From the human T2T-CHM13v2.0 reference genome, Homo sapiens: 64,000 nucleotides of DNA. Positions within the stretch are counted from its first letter, which is position 1. The number at the start of each line of letters is the position of its first letter. The notes under the pieces are model-generated. The model did not search any database. It was not told where the DNA came from and worked only from the letters and a program-made list of their open reading frames with translations. Positions 32,064-45,379 of this stretch are shown piece after piece. The stretch is taken from NCBI RefSeq assembly GCF_009914755.1, contig NC_060930.1. One strand, given 5' to 3'. The position numbers and the translations under genes are program-made.

Positions 32064-32357
32064 GGCCAGGTATAGTGACTCATACCTGTAAGCACAACAC
32101 TTTGGGAGGCCAAGGCAGGAGGTTGTCTTGAGGCCAGGAGTTCAAGATCAGCCTTGGCAACATAAAAAGACTCCATGTCTACAAAAAATAAAAAATATAT
32201 ATAAATTAGCCATTCATGGTGGCACATGCCTATAATCCTAGCTACTCAGGAGACTGAGACAGGAAGATCACTTAAACCTAGAGGTTTGAGGCTACAGTGA
32301 ACTATGATTGAGCCACTGCACTCCAGCCTGGGTGACAGAGTGAGGCCTGAATCTCTA
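32064..32357 (+). mobile_element. AluJ-like element
   Basis: Diverged Alu dimer (gaggtttgaggctacagtgaactatgatt). Confidence 0.88.
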
Positions 32358-32374
32358 TTCAGAACATGATTAAC

Positions 32375-34090
32375 ACCCTTCTCCTTCCTCAGCAATAGAC
32401 TGGAGCTTTATTTTCTGAAGAAGGTAAAACAGAAGTTTCTGCACCAGGAACACCAGATACAATTAAGAGCAGGAAATGCTGAAAGCAAACAGGGAGATTA
32501 AGAAAAACCTTATATACTGATGGCTGAAACTCCCAACTCTCTGTCCCTATTTGGCTCTCATGATACTGGCAGCCAGGTATATAAACTCTAGACTGAAGAC
32601 TGATACACACTTCCTTGGGAAATGAAACCATCTCAAGAGAAATGACTTCAAGATACTAATATCAGGGTTTCCCAAGCAAACAATCCAGATAGTCACTCTG
32701 CAGTAGAACCTTCGACAAGATCCCTCAAAACTTGAAGTTTCCATTGAGCCTTTCAGGGCCCCACTCTTATATATGACTAGGTAGACCGATCAGCCAACAA
32801 CTGGAGAACGCCTCTAGCTTTAGAGCTCAAAACAAACATACAGGATAAAAGCAACTAGGAGGAAATAAACACTTGGTACAGGTAAGGAAAAATACCATAA
32901 CCATTATCATCAAAAAGATAAGAAATTGCAACTGTAAAACAAAAACAAGGACTTATTATTTTTAATTTAAAAAGAAACATTCAGAGAATAAGAAAAGAGC
33001 TCTTGGAAATTAACAGTATAGTGGTATAAATGAAAAACTCAATAAAAGGCTTGGTAGGAAAATTTGATAAAAATATCTCAGAAAGTATATCAAAAAAATC
33101 AAAAGATGGAAAATAGCAACTAAAAGATAAAACAATTTGAAGGCTTTCCTAGGAAATCCTACATCCAAGTAATAGCAGTTTCAGGAGAAAACAGGAGTGA
33201 AATCATTGAAGAAAGTTTTCCAGAACAGAAAGACAGGAGTTTCCACATTCCAAGTGCCCATCACAATGGATGAAAAAGTCTACCAAGACACATCATAAAA
33301 TGTCAGAACCCTGTGATAAATGGGAATAGCTGATAAACTTCCAGTTAATACAGGTTTCCTACAAAAGATAAAGAAAGGAATTGTATCAGAATTCTATGTT
33401 ACATCACCAGCAACTTGAAGGCATTTGAGCAATGCCTTCAAAATCTGAGAAAAAAGTATTTCCAACCTAAAATTCTATACCCAGTCAAATAGAATCAGGT
33501 ATGAGAGTAAATAACAGCTTTGGACATGCAAAGTGTCAGCATACTTACCTACCATGTACCCTTTCTCAGGAAAACTTCTTAAAGAGAGAAATTATAAATA
33601 AATTATGGTATATTTCTATAGAGAAATATTATATGTGAATGAAAGTGAATAAATTTTAGCTATAAGCAACAGCATGGAAAAATCAAAGGAACATGATATG
33701 GCTAGAAAATACAAGTCACAGTACAAAATTGCAGTTACGTTTGCTTCACTGTGGTAATCATTTCACTGTCTATACGTATCTCAAAACGTCATGTTGTACA
33801 TCTTAAATGTATAACATTTTATAAAAATAAAGAAAATAAAATTAAAACCAAGAAACAGAAGAATATATACAATATGATTCCTTTATATAACATTCTAGAA
33901 TAAGAAAAAATAAATATATTGTTCAGGAACACAGAATGTGGCAAAACTATAAAGAAAAGCAAAGACTGAAAAACTCACAATTTAAATCATGTTCACCATG
34001 GACGTGGAAGGGAAAGCAATAAGATGAGAAAGCAGCATACAGAAAACTTCAAAGGCAAGAGCAATGTGCTTATATATAAACTGGGTAGAC
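32375..34090 (+). mobile_element. Very old L1M/HAL1-like fragments
   Basis: ORF1-like stretch (gagcaatgccttcaaaatctga...ccaacctaaaattctatacccagtcaa) plus L1M 3'-end-like pieces. Confidence 0.55.
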
Positions 34091-34252
34091 AAGTGCTCCT
34101 ATTTCAGCTCAGATAAACACATACAACTCTCCTGAATTCTTATAGTGCAACCTGCCAATGCTCTCTTCTTTTTATAGAACAAGAGTAGAGGGCTTGGGTG
34201 GACAAAGAATTATGGCAAAGTTAAGTATATGTAGGAGGTTTTCTTCTGTTAG

Positions 34253-34479
34253 GGCAAACGTAATCTTCATGACACCTGGCACAAGCGGTTCAGTGTTGAA
34301 GCTGTAATGAATTCAAGAAACAGTTCAAAAGCCAAAAATAATTTAAAAGGAATTCCACATTTCATTGTATTCCTAGAAAACCATAAGAAGGATCCCAATT
34401 CATAGTCCTCAATAACACTCACTAAATCTCCATGTCTCTCAGGTCTTCTTCCTGTAGCCACTCCCACACAAACTGTTGG
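34253..34479 (+). pseudogene. Candidate downstream exon of the HUNK-like pseudogene
   Basis: Acceptor ttttcttctgttag|, then about 75 codons in phase 0 (matching the end of exon 7) with a single stop (TAG 34403-34405), then GG|gtaaca. No recognisable motif. Confidence 0.3.
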
Positions 34480-34754
34480 GTAACAATGAGACTTCTTTTG
34501 TCAGATTGGGGCTAGTCTGCTCAAAAAATACAATGTTATCATTTTTTTCCCATCATAAATTAATACAGAGATTGTATGCAATGTGACAACAACATTTAAG
34601 GTGTTAAGAAACATAGGTATGAAATTAGTCATGGGTGTCCTTACTTAATCTCATCTTCTCATTTCTAATTTAACAACTTGAGAGAATTAGAGAAAGACAA
34701 AGGTTAAGACATCGAGGCCCACTCTTAACTAACGGTATGAAATAATACATTTAG

Positions 34755-35145
<391 letters not shown>

Positions 35146-35308
35146 GAGTAACAGATATGTTTTAAGTGAGAATAAAAAATTTAGACCCACAACTCAGTAA
35201 GAGATGTGCACTTTTAATGCCAAATTATAACCAATAAACTGTTTTATTCCAAATGAGTGCACTGCAATTTCTTCAGCCAACACATTAGTATTCTTGTCTT
35301 CTCCATAG

Positions 35309-35453
35309 TGAAAAAAGAAGTGCCTGATTACAATTCACTCTCCAAAATTTTACAGCTAGAACTTGAAGAAAACAGAGTTTCTGCCAAAATAGCTTCCTGC
35401 CCAGGTGCTGAACCAATTAACTTTTAAGCAATCTGGCAGTAAAACCAGTAATG
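35309..35453 (+). pseudogene. Candidate downstream exon of the HUNK-like pseudogene
   Basis: Strong acceptor ttcttgtcttctccatag| and strong donor ATG|gtgagt in non-repeat sequence. The reading frame is ambiguous. Confidence 0.3.
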
Positions 35454-36360
35454 GTGAGTTTTCTGAAGTGCTATATGTAAGGAGACAGCTTGGGAAAATA
35501 AATATGAAAATTTGTTTTCATAAAAAGAAGTGCTTAAAATCCTGAGAGACTGTTTGAATTCCTTGCTGAAATATATGTGACACTGCAAATTCCCAAACGA
35601 TCAGATAAAGTTCTATGCAGTCAACATTGATGCTTTTTCTTAAATGTAGAAAAAACTATTTTATTATAATGTGCAATTTGTCCATCAAAAGTCCAGTGAA
35701 TAGATTCATTTTTGAGAGAAAAGTTATTTAAATGTAATGTTGGCTGTTAAAATATATCATCCAGAGCAAATAGACTTTTTGGAGAAAATGTTACAATCAA
35801 TTTTCTTAGATTAGAGGTCTTTTGTAAATGTAAAAGTTCTACAAAATGTGAAAATATGAATTTTCTAATCATATCATATAATGATAATTTCTTTAAAGAA
35901 ATTCATTTTGCAAGAATATTATTCAGTTGAAGAAAATTAAATAAGGAGTTGTTATGGACAAGTTTTGTTTGTTTGAGGATGGGGAGCAAAGAAATTCACA
36001 GCTTGGAAGGAAATACTAATGTGTAAGTGGTTTTCTCTCAGTGGTAGGGTTATGGGAGATATTTTATCTTCTTGTTTTGTACTTTTCAAACATTATAGAA
36101 TCAAGAAATGATGGGCATAATTGCATTCAAAAATAACAGACATAAGGAAATTTTCACAATATACTTTAAGGGGAAAAAAGCAGGGCACAAAATTGAATCT
36201 ATAGCATAATCTCAACTTGGTAAAAAAAGAAAAATTAGATGCAAGCACATAAAGCTGGAAGACAATAGTCAGCTAAGATAGTGTTATCTCTGCATGATGG
36301 GATTCACAGGGCTATTTTCTTCTTTGAACATTTCTGCAATCTCCAAATTGTTTTATGGGC

Positions 36361-36790
<430 letters not shown>

Positions 36791-37504
36791 ATGTTTACAT
36801 TTATTGTCATTGCCAACTGGAGGTCAAGTGGAAGTTAAAAAAAATCACCTCAAATTATAAATCAATAGAAAATATTAATATATCCAAATTCAAATTTATA
36901 AAATGTTCAGCCTTATGTCCATTAAGTTAGGTAAAGGTAACTCTCATATAACATTGAAAAAGACTTCAATAAATATTGCTGATAATCAAATCTTAGTATA
37001 AGAAATCATGTATTATTACATTTCCAATATCAAACTTAGGATTTCAGTTTCTAAATGTAAACAAAATATCTCTAAGATTACAAATAACACAAATGTAGAA
37101 AACAGGCCTGTGCATATGCATATATACACACACATGAGGATATGTGAAATTCAGTGGTGGTGGGATTTCCAGTAAACTATACTTTTTTATTTATAATTTT
37201 CTAGACTGTTTAATTTTCTATATTCAATACTGCTCTAGTCCCCATGAGATTGGGAATGCCTCACCTCTCCTTAATTAGTTTGTTTACAATAAAATAGAAA
37301 TTGCAGGATACCAAGAGAAAAAAAATATATATATATCATCCAACTATTTGTATCAAAATAAGCATTGCAGTTACAGCTTTCATTTACAGAATGACAAAGT
37401 AAGAAACTTGCAGTCAACTCATAGCATTTTTGTAAGTCAGCTACAAAATATAACATGTAACACTGTATTATTTTAATAACTTCACAATGACATCACATTT
37501 ACAG

Positions 37505-38000
37505 GAAAAAAAGTCATTGTGAAACATGATGGTATGAAGCATATGATTCTAGAATCAAGTTTCAAGTCTGCAAAAATGAAGCATCCAGATCTGCCAGTCT
37601 TAGGAAACATTGCAAAAACATCTTTCCCTCTGGACAAAGCCCGGGTTTGGTAGACAGGAAGATAAAATTGCTATTACTTTGGAAAACTCAGGTACTGAAT
37701 AAGAGTCTAGATTGGTTGTTTCTTCCTTAGTAGGTGTTTAATGATAAATAGGGGATATTTAAGGCCCCAGGTAACACACTAACCTGGGAATTGGAAAGTC
37801 AACTGGTTTTGTGGGCTTTGCTGGTAATTGGCTTCATAGCCTAAAGTAGCTACTTGCTCTGTTTAGGCATTGTGGCATCTATAATAAGGTGTTAAAAATC
37901 CATGTCTTTTTTCCCAGGGGACTCTAAAGATAGGTTTTGTCATTTACTGTGCTTGGTTCTTATTGGACAGAAAGTACAATGAAAATGTTGTTCCAATAAA
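37505..38000 (+). pseudogene. Candidate terminal exon of the HUNK-like pseudogene
   Basis: Acceptor catttacag|, then about 49 open codons (KKVIVKHDGMKHMILESSFKSAKMKHPDLPVLGNIAKTSFP...), later FKAPGNTLTW...ALLVIG, and AATAAA at 37995-38000. Confidence 0.25.
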
Positions 38001-38486
38001 CATTTAAAGCCCAAAAGAAAAAAGTCTGATGAATGATTAAGCAAAAAGAAAAATATCTGGAAACTTATGAGTCATCTCCCACTCTAATGTTGACATCTTC
38101 AAGGGAATAAAAGCAGTAGCATAAAAATCAGTAAGGGAAGCAATGTTTGCAAATAGTTGCTTTAATGGAAGAATTAAAATGACAGGCTTGTGGGATAGCA
38201 GGCAGCAAGGCAGCAGAAGGCTTGAAGAAGAGAAAACCAGAAAAGACACAAGGGAAGAGGATTTCTTTATGTGTGAGTGGACACTAACCAACTCCATTCA
38301 CAAAACATGTATGCAGCACTTCCTCAGGCTTGGGCTCTGTATTAGGGCTGGCTAAGACCCAGTTCCTGCTTTGAGAAGCTAAAAATGAGAGAGAGAACAA
38401 CACTCAGGAAAACAAGTTGCCCTAAAGTTTTTGATAAGTGATATTACAGAGATGGTTTTAAAAAAAAAAAGCCACAGGATTTTTTT

Positions 38487-41476
38487 AGAGGGGATCATGG
38501 TGGACAGGAGGCAGGACTAGATTGCGGCTCTGGACAGAGCAGCATATGGAGGCTTGCACTGTGAATTTTAGCTCCAGATTCACTGCAAGAATCCACAGAC
38601 CCTCTGAAGGAAGCAGACTGCTCCTGCAGGACCTGGGAGACATTCCAAATACTGTGAGTGCCCCATCTGCAGAAGTGGGAAAGGGAGACCCTCCTCTCCT
38701 GACCACACACCCACACTGGAGAAGCTGAAGGTCTTTTTGTGGGAGAAGTTCCCGACTTTACCTGGACCTGAGTCAAGTTAGAGAGCCAAGCAAAATACAG
38801 GAGTAGAGAAAGCAGCAGAAAGGCCCTAGGAGCTTGCTGGGTCCCCAAGGAGCCCGTTCCTGCCTGGTACCACATGGATCTACTGGGAGGGTGGCCAGAG
38901 GAGCAGGGAGTAAAACTTCACAGGGAGAAGGAATTCTCTAGCTGAACTTTGTAACAATTTTAACCAGGTGAGAAGGCTCCTGGCCAGAACTCTGAGAGGG
39001 CATGAATCAGGCATGCAGACTTTACAGGCAGGGGAAGAACTAAAGCACTTTTCTCTTGCATCTGGGAGGTGGACAGCCTTGGACAAGTTTTCAAGCCCAT
39101 CTCACCCTCCACCTGGAAACAGACTTGGGGCTGTTGGGGAAAGCATGGTGGGAGTGAGACCAGCCCTTCAGTTTGTGAGGGAGCTGGGTGAGGCCTGTGA
39201 CTGTCGGCTTTCCACCACTTTCCTGACAACCTACATGAATCAGCAGAGGCAGCCATAATCCTCCTAAATACACAACTCCAGTGACCTGGGAATCTCACCA
39301 CCATCCCCCACAGCAGCCACAGCAAGACCCATCCAAGGAGAGTCTGAGCTCAAACATGCCTAGCCCTGCCCCCACTTGATGGTCCTTCCCTATTCACCCC
39401 TATAGTGGAAGACAAAAGGCATATAATCTTGACAGTTCTAGGGTCCCACCCACTGCCGGTCCCCCTCCACATTGCTACAGCTGATGCCTTCTGGAAATCA
39501 CCACCTCCTGGCAGGAGTCCAACCAGCACAAAAATAGAGCATTAAACCACCAAAGCTAAGAACCCTCACAGAGTCCATTGCACCTTCCACCACCTCCACT
39601 GGAACAGGGACTGGTATCCATGGCTGAGAGACCCATGGATGGTTCATATCACAGGACTCTGTGCAGACGACCCCCAGTGCCAGCCCAGAGCTGGGTAGAG
39701 TCACTGGGGGCTAAACCCGGAAGAGAGACAACAATCATTGCAGTTGGGCTTACAGGAAGCTACGTCCATAGGAAAAGGGGGAGGGAACACAGCATGGGAC
39801 AAAAGAATCTGAACAATAGCCTTGAGCCTGCCCAAATGAGAAGGAACCAGAAAACTAACCCTGGTAATATGATAAAACAAGGCATTTCAACATACCCCCC
39901 TCAAATCACACTAGTTCACTAAGAAGAAATCACTTATTTACCTGAAAAAGAATTTAGCAGGGTAGGTATTCAGCTAATTAGGGAGTAACCAGAGAAAGGA
40001 GAAGCCCAATGCAAGGAAATCCAAAAAACTATACACATTGTGAAGGGAGAATTATTCATGGAAATAGCTTAAAGAAAAAAAAACAATAAAAAATTCAGGA
40101 AACTTTGGACACACCTTTAGAAATGCAAAATGCTCTGGAAAGTCTCAGCAATATAATTGAACAAGTTGAAGAAAGAAATTCAGAGCTCGAACACAAAGTC
40201 TTTGAATTAACCCAATTCAACAAAGATAAAGAAAAAATAATAAAAAAAAATATGAACAAAGCCTCCAAGAAGTCTGGGATTATGTTAAATGACCAAACCT
40301 AAGAATAATCAGTGTATCTTAGAAAGAAGAGAATTCTAAAAGCCTGGAAATCATATTTGGGGGAATAATCAATGAAAACTTCCTCAGCCAGCTTTGTGAG
40401 AGACCTAAACACCCAAATACAAGAAGCACAAAGAACACCTGGGAAATTTATCACAAAAAAATCTTCACCTAGGCACATTGTCATCAGGTTATCAAAAGTT
40501 AAGACAAAGGAAAGAATCTTATGAGCTGTGAGACAGAAGTATCAGGCAACCTATAAAGGAAAACCTATCAGATTAACAGCAGATTTCTCAGCAGAATCCC
40601 TACAAGCTAGAAGGGATTGGGGATCTATCTTCAGACTCCTCAAACAAAACAATTATCAGCCAAGAATTTTGTATCCAGTGAAACTAAGCATCATATATGA
40701 AGGAAAGATACACTCATTTTCAGACAGACAAATGCTGAGAGAATTCGCCATTACCAAGCCACCACTATGAGAACTGCTAAAACGAGCTCTAAATCTTGAA
40801 ACAAATCCTGGAAACACATCAAAATAGAACCTCCTTAAAACATAAATCACACAGGACCTATAAAACAAAACACAAGGTAAAAAGCAAAAACAAAAAACAA
40901 AACCAAAAAAGTATATAGGCAACAAAGAGCACGATGAAAGCAACAGTACCTCACATTTCAATACTAACAATAAATGTAAATGGACTAAATGCTCCACTTA
41001 AAATATACAGAACTGCAGAGTGGATCTGAACGCACCAACCAACTATCTGCTGCCTTCAGAAGACTCACCTAACACACAAGAACTCACATAAACTTAAAGT
41101 AAAGGGTATATATGTATGATGGAATGCTATGCAGCCATAAAAAGGGATGAATTAACAGCATTTGCAGTCCTGCCTGAGATTGGAGACTATTATTCTAAGT
41201 GAAGTAACTCAGGAATGGAAAACCAAACATCATATGTTGTCACTGATAGTTAGGAGCTAAGCTATGAGGATGCAAAGGCGTAAGAATGATACAATGGACT
41301 TTGGGGACTTGAGAACAAGAGTGGGAGGGGAGCAAGGGACAAAAGACTACAAATATGGTGCAATGTATACTGCTCGGGTGATGGGTGCACCAAAATCTCA
41401 CAAATTACCACTAAAGAACTTACTCATGTAACTAAATACGATCTGCACCCCAATAACTTATGGAAAATTTTTAAAA
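38487..41476 (+). mobile_element. L1PB-like element: 5'UTR, ORF1 and ORF2 start joined directly to the 3' end
   Basis: L1PBa-type 5'UTR, ORF1 remnants (40528-40770 YKGKPIRLTADFSAE), ORF2 start near 40933, a jump at ~41107 to the ORF2 end, and an L1PB 3'UTR (caccaaaatctcacaaattaccactaaagaac). Confidence 0.85.
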
Positions 41477-41839
41477 TGCCAAGGGAGCAAAGAGAAAAAA
41501 TTAATAATCTATTTTCAGTGGTTAGTAGAGGTCATGAGACTAAATTATGAATAGTCAAACCTACAATTTTGTTAGAACCAGAAGATTAAGTTTCAAACTC
41601 ATCATTATTTTCATATTTCTCACATTTTCTACATAATGCAGAAAGCTTCCCTAGACTCTAAGCTTGAGCTTCAGGTGATGCAAATTAATTCCTTCAGTCT
41701 ACCTGGCTAGCTATCAAAGAAGATTCTGCCTTTTCATTAGTTCATTACTCCTACTTTAGAAGCTGCTAATGAATTGATTTTTTTAATGAACCTGAAGATA
41801 TTGAACACATACAAGAAAACCTTCAATATTAATGCCAGC

Positions 41840-42018
41840 CCATTTGGTTTTTCATTCATAAGAAGGAGAAAATGGGGGCTGAACTCCCCCTTTTATAACA
41901 GCATTTATCCCACTCATGAGCACTCAACCACCTCTAATGTCCCACGTCTTAATATTGTCACAATGGTAATTAGATTTCGACATGAGTTTTGGAGGGAACA
42001 AACATTCAAACCATAGCA
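41840..42018 (-). mobile_element. MST-family MaLR LTR fragment
   Basis: catgagttttggagggaacaaacattcaaaccatagca is the reverse complement of an MST LTR start. Confidence 0.7.
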
Positions 42019-44041
42019 GACACAAAGCAGAATCAGGAACGTGATCTAGAAGTGACTTTTCTTTGTACTTTCTCCAAGGTTCCCTTGCAAGGCTAAGATA
42101 CATACACATAGTAAAGACTGTCACACACTCTTGGAATATTTGGGAAAATAAATAATCTTAGAATTCTCTGCTTTTTCTGCCTCACTTGGGCATCAGTCTG
42201 CCTCAACATGCTGTAGCCCAAACTCTCTTCAATTTCCCACTTACCTCCTTTCCAGTAGTGTCTACTCTCAGTGTGAAGTGTAACTCCAACATGCTAGGGT
42301 AAGGTGGGGGTGGGAGCAAAATCAAAGGGGTGAGAAAGAGGAATGAAAGGTGGCATGTGATGCACAATAGAAATTGTTTCTTCTGGGTAACTACATGGGC
42401 TTAAATTTGTAGATATAATTTTGATTATTATGAATAACAAAGAAAAATAAAAATACTTGCTTCATCTTTGCTGCATTTTGGACATATTTTAGGCATTGAT
42501 GCCTCAGCTTATAATGTAAAATGAATTTATAGACAATTTTTATACAACAATGATACAAATTTTATTTTTTGTCTACAAAGATGAGATTTTTTCAAGGGAA
42601 TAACCTTGGCATGTCCCAGGCTCAGATTGAATTTCCAAGTGGACTATCAGTAAGTCAACAACTTCCTCAGCATGTGCTGTGTATAGAGATGGGCCTGTAT
42701 CAGCAATATTTATGAAATTAAAAGAATAGATAAAGAGCTTGGGACCAAATAAAAAAGCAGATCAAAAGCAAATTTGCAGCATCTACAAAAGTAAAAACGA
42801 GCAAAACTTAAATGTATATATGATCAACATATTTGTTCATCTTTTATTATTTTCCACACATATACACATAACAGTCTCAGTTACACATAGAAATAAGTAA
42901 TAATTATAGTGGGGTGGGGGAGTAGTAATTCAAGTGGCCTCTAAGCATCTTCTTACCTAGTAATTCTCCCTTACCTCTGATATAAGAATCTAATAGAATA
43001 ACTCACTATTTAAATACTATGCATTGGCTAAGATCGTACTTTTCTAATGAAATGGCATATACTAAATGCTCAATAAATGTGAGATTCTCTACCACCAGTA
43101 TTTGTTGTAGATTCTTTCTGTTTTACTTGATATTACTGGATAGTATCCAGTATGCTTGGAATGTTGACACCACTCCTACATTCTAGACATGAAAAACAAA
43201 GGATCTCTGTTTCCAAGGATAGACATTACGGATGGAATTTTTTTCTTCCATGGAACAATAATCATTTTAGTACAGAAAAATAGTCTTCGGCCAGAGTTAC
43301 AAATGAATCCTGACCTAAATTTATTGGATTGAGAAATGAGCCTTCCTGGTTATTTTGCCCATGAAGAGAAAAACAATCAAAACAAAATAAGATGAAACTA
43401 CTTGGTGGAGGCAAGACTTCTGGAATAGCAGAGTCGGGACCTCCAGAAATCCATTCTTCTATGAAAGTCATGAAAATACTGGCAAAACTATCAAAACCAA
43501 CTTTTTTGATCTCTGGAAAGTGATCAAAGGCTTATAACATCTGAAGAACTGAAAAACTGCTGAAGTTGATAAGAAGACCAGGGACAATAAAGTTTTTACT
43601 TAGGTTACTCCCATCTACCCCCTCCTCAGTTCCATGGCAGGCCTTGAAATCCACAAGCCTAACAGTCACCAGAGAGGCAGACAGGGTTTGGAGCTCCTGA
43701 AAAAATCCTACTGCCAAACCACGGTTACTTTTTGACCTGACTCACAGTTCCCTAGAGTAGCCTCATCCACAGGGTATTGTCTATTTGACCAGACTCAGAG
43801 CTCAGCTAAACAGGAAAAGCTTTGACCCCAGGGCATTGAGGAAACTAATCAGCTTCAATTTTTTAAACTTCCATTTGGCAAAGGATGTTTTACCAGCTGG
43901 AGCAAATAAAAGCCTGGAAAAATATATATATGGAAGATCTAGAGAAAAAGGTTTCTATAGATGGCTTTGAAAAGTTCTGACATATTCCTAGGGATCTAGA
44001 AGACCATGCACATGTGCAGACCATGCTTATGTCCAAAGAAA

Positions 44042-44890
44042 TAACAGAGGCAGGAAACAGAGACATTCTAGGCAGAAAAGGTTGGGGTCCCTGGCAAGGG
44101 GCCCACCGTCAAGCCTGGAACCACAGCCTGAAGTGAGAACTTTACATCTCCACTTTTCCTGCCAGAATGTTGCCTTTTCCAAAACCACCTCTAGCCTGAC
44201 CCACCCCCATCCTGTACTCATAGAAACAGCAGGCTCCACTGATAGACAGCAGAGAAGGGGAGAAGAGAATAACAGCTGAATGTCAGAGAGAAGCAGTTTG
44301 GCTTCAGAGGGATGGCTTGACGGCAGGAATTTGGAGAAAAGTCCAGCGGGAGACAGCCAGACTTCAGGGGAAGAATACCTTCCCGCTCTATCCCCTTTCC
44401 AGCTCCCCTTCCTGCTGAAAGTTACTTCTGTTGGCAATAAAATCCCCTGCATTCACTATCCTTCAATTAGTTCGTGTGACCTGATTTTCCTGAACACTGA
44501 ACAAGAGCTTGGGTGCCACAGGTGCAGATGCTAAAGAATGTCACACAGACCCTCTGCCCTCACTGGTAGAGAGCAACCACCTCATATAAAAAGTCAGAGG
44601 GCTCACTGAGCTGTTTAACATTAACGCCATCCACAGATGGCAAAGCTAAAAGAGCACTGTAACATATGCCCTCTGGGGCTTCAGGAGTCGTGGGTACTCC
44701 CCCCTAGACGCTGCCATGGGGCCTGCACAGAGTTTTGCTTCTGCCAGCATCCAGAAGCATTCATCCTAGCTTCTGTACCTGCTCACCTGTGTGCTCCCCC
44801 TCCCACGAGGGATTGAGAGCTGTGGGCTGAGTGAGCGAAGCACCCCTGTCATAAGGCCTGTGAAGGGATCAGGGAAAATTTCCTGTTTCA
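44042..44890 (+). mobile_element. ERV1 solo LTR (LTR1/LTR27/LTR28 group)
   Basis: GC-richer 850-bp block with internal AATAAA (44436-44441), ending cctgtttca, and a 4-bp TSD gaaa (44038-44041 / 44891-44894). Confidence 0.75.
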
Positions 44891-45379
44891 GAAAGACCAG
44901 AAAGGGCTACCATCACTCACTCTAACAGGAAGTAAAGGCTAACACAGACTCATAAACTACTTGAGAGTTGAAGGTCTGCCCCCAACACACATACACACAC
45001 ACACACACCAGCTTCATCAAAAGTAGGAATACTTACTGGTTCAAGGCATTTAAGGAAATATTTCACCAATCAGTTGCTGAGCACTAAGCTGTGGTGATAA
45101 GCTGTGGTGACCCAGATTCAACCCCTAGGAAGCAAGGCTTAAAAATAAAATAAGAATTTTAAAAAATAAGTTAATAGAAAAACAAAACAAAAGAAAATAA
45201 GCAGAGATTTTAGTGGCTATATACTGCAAGAAATACAAATGCTAAAAAATTTGTCCAGAAAAGTCACTAAACAAACAGACAACAACAAAACAGCAACAAG
45301 GGCAAACCCAGAAAGCAGGGGTGTTAGATATCTTATTCCAGAGTCGCCACATTATAGCATCTAAAATCTCCAGTTTTCA

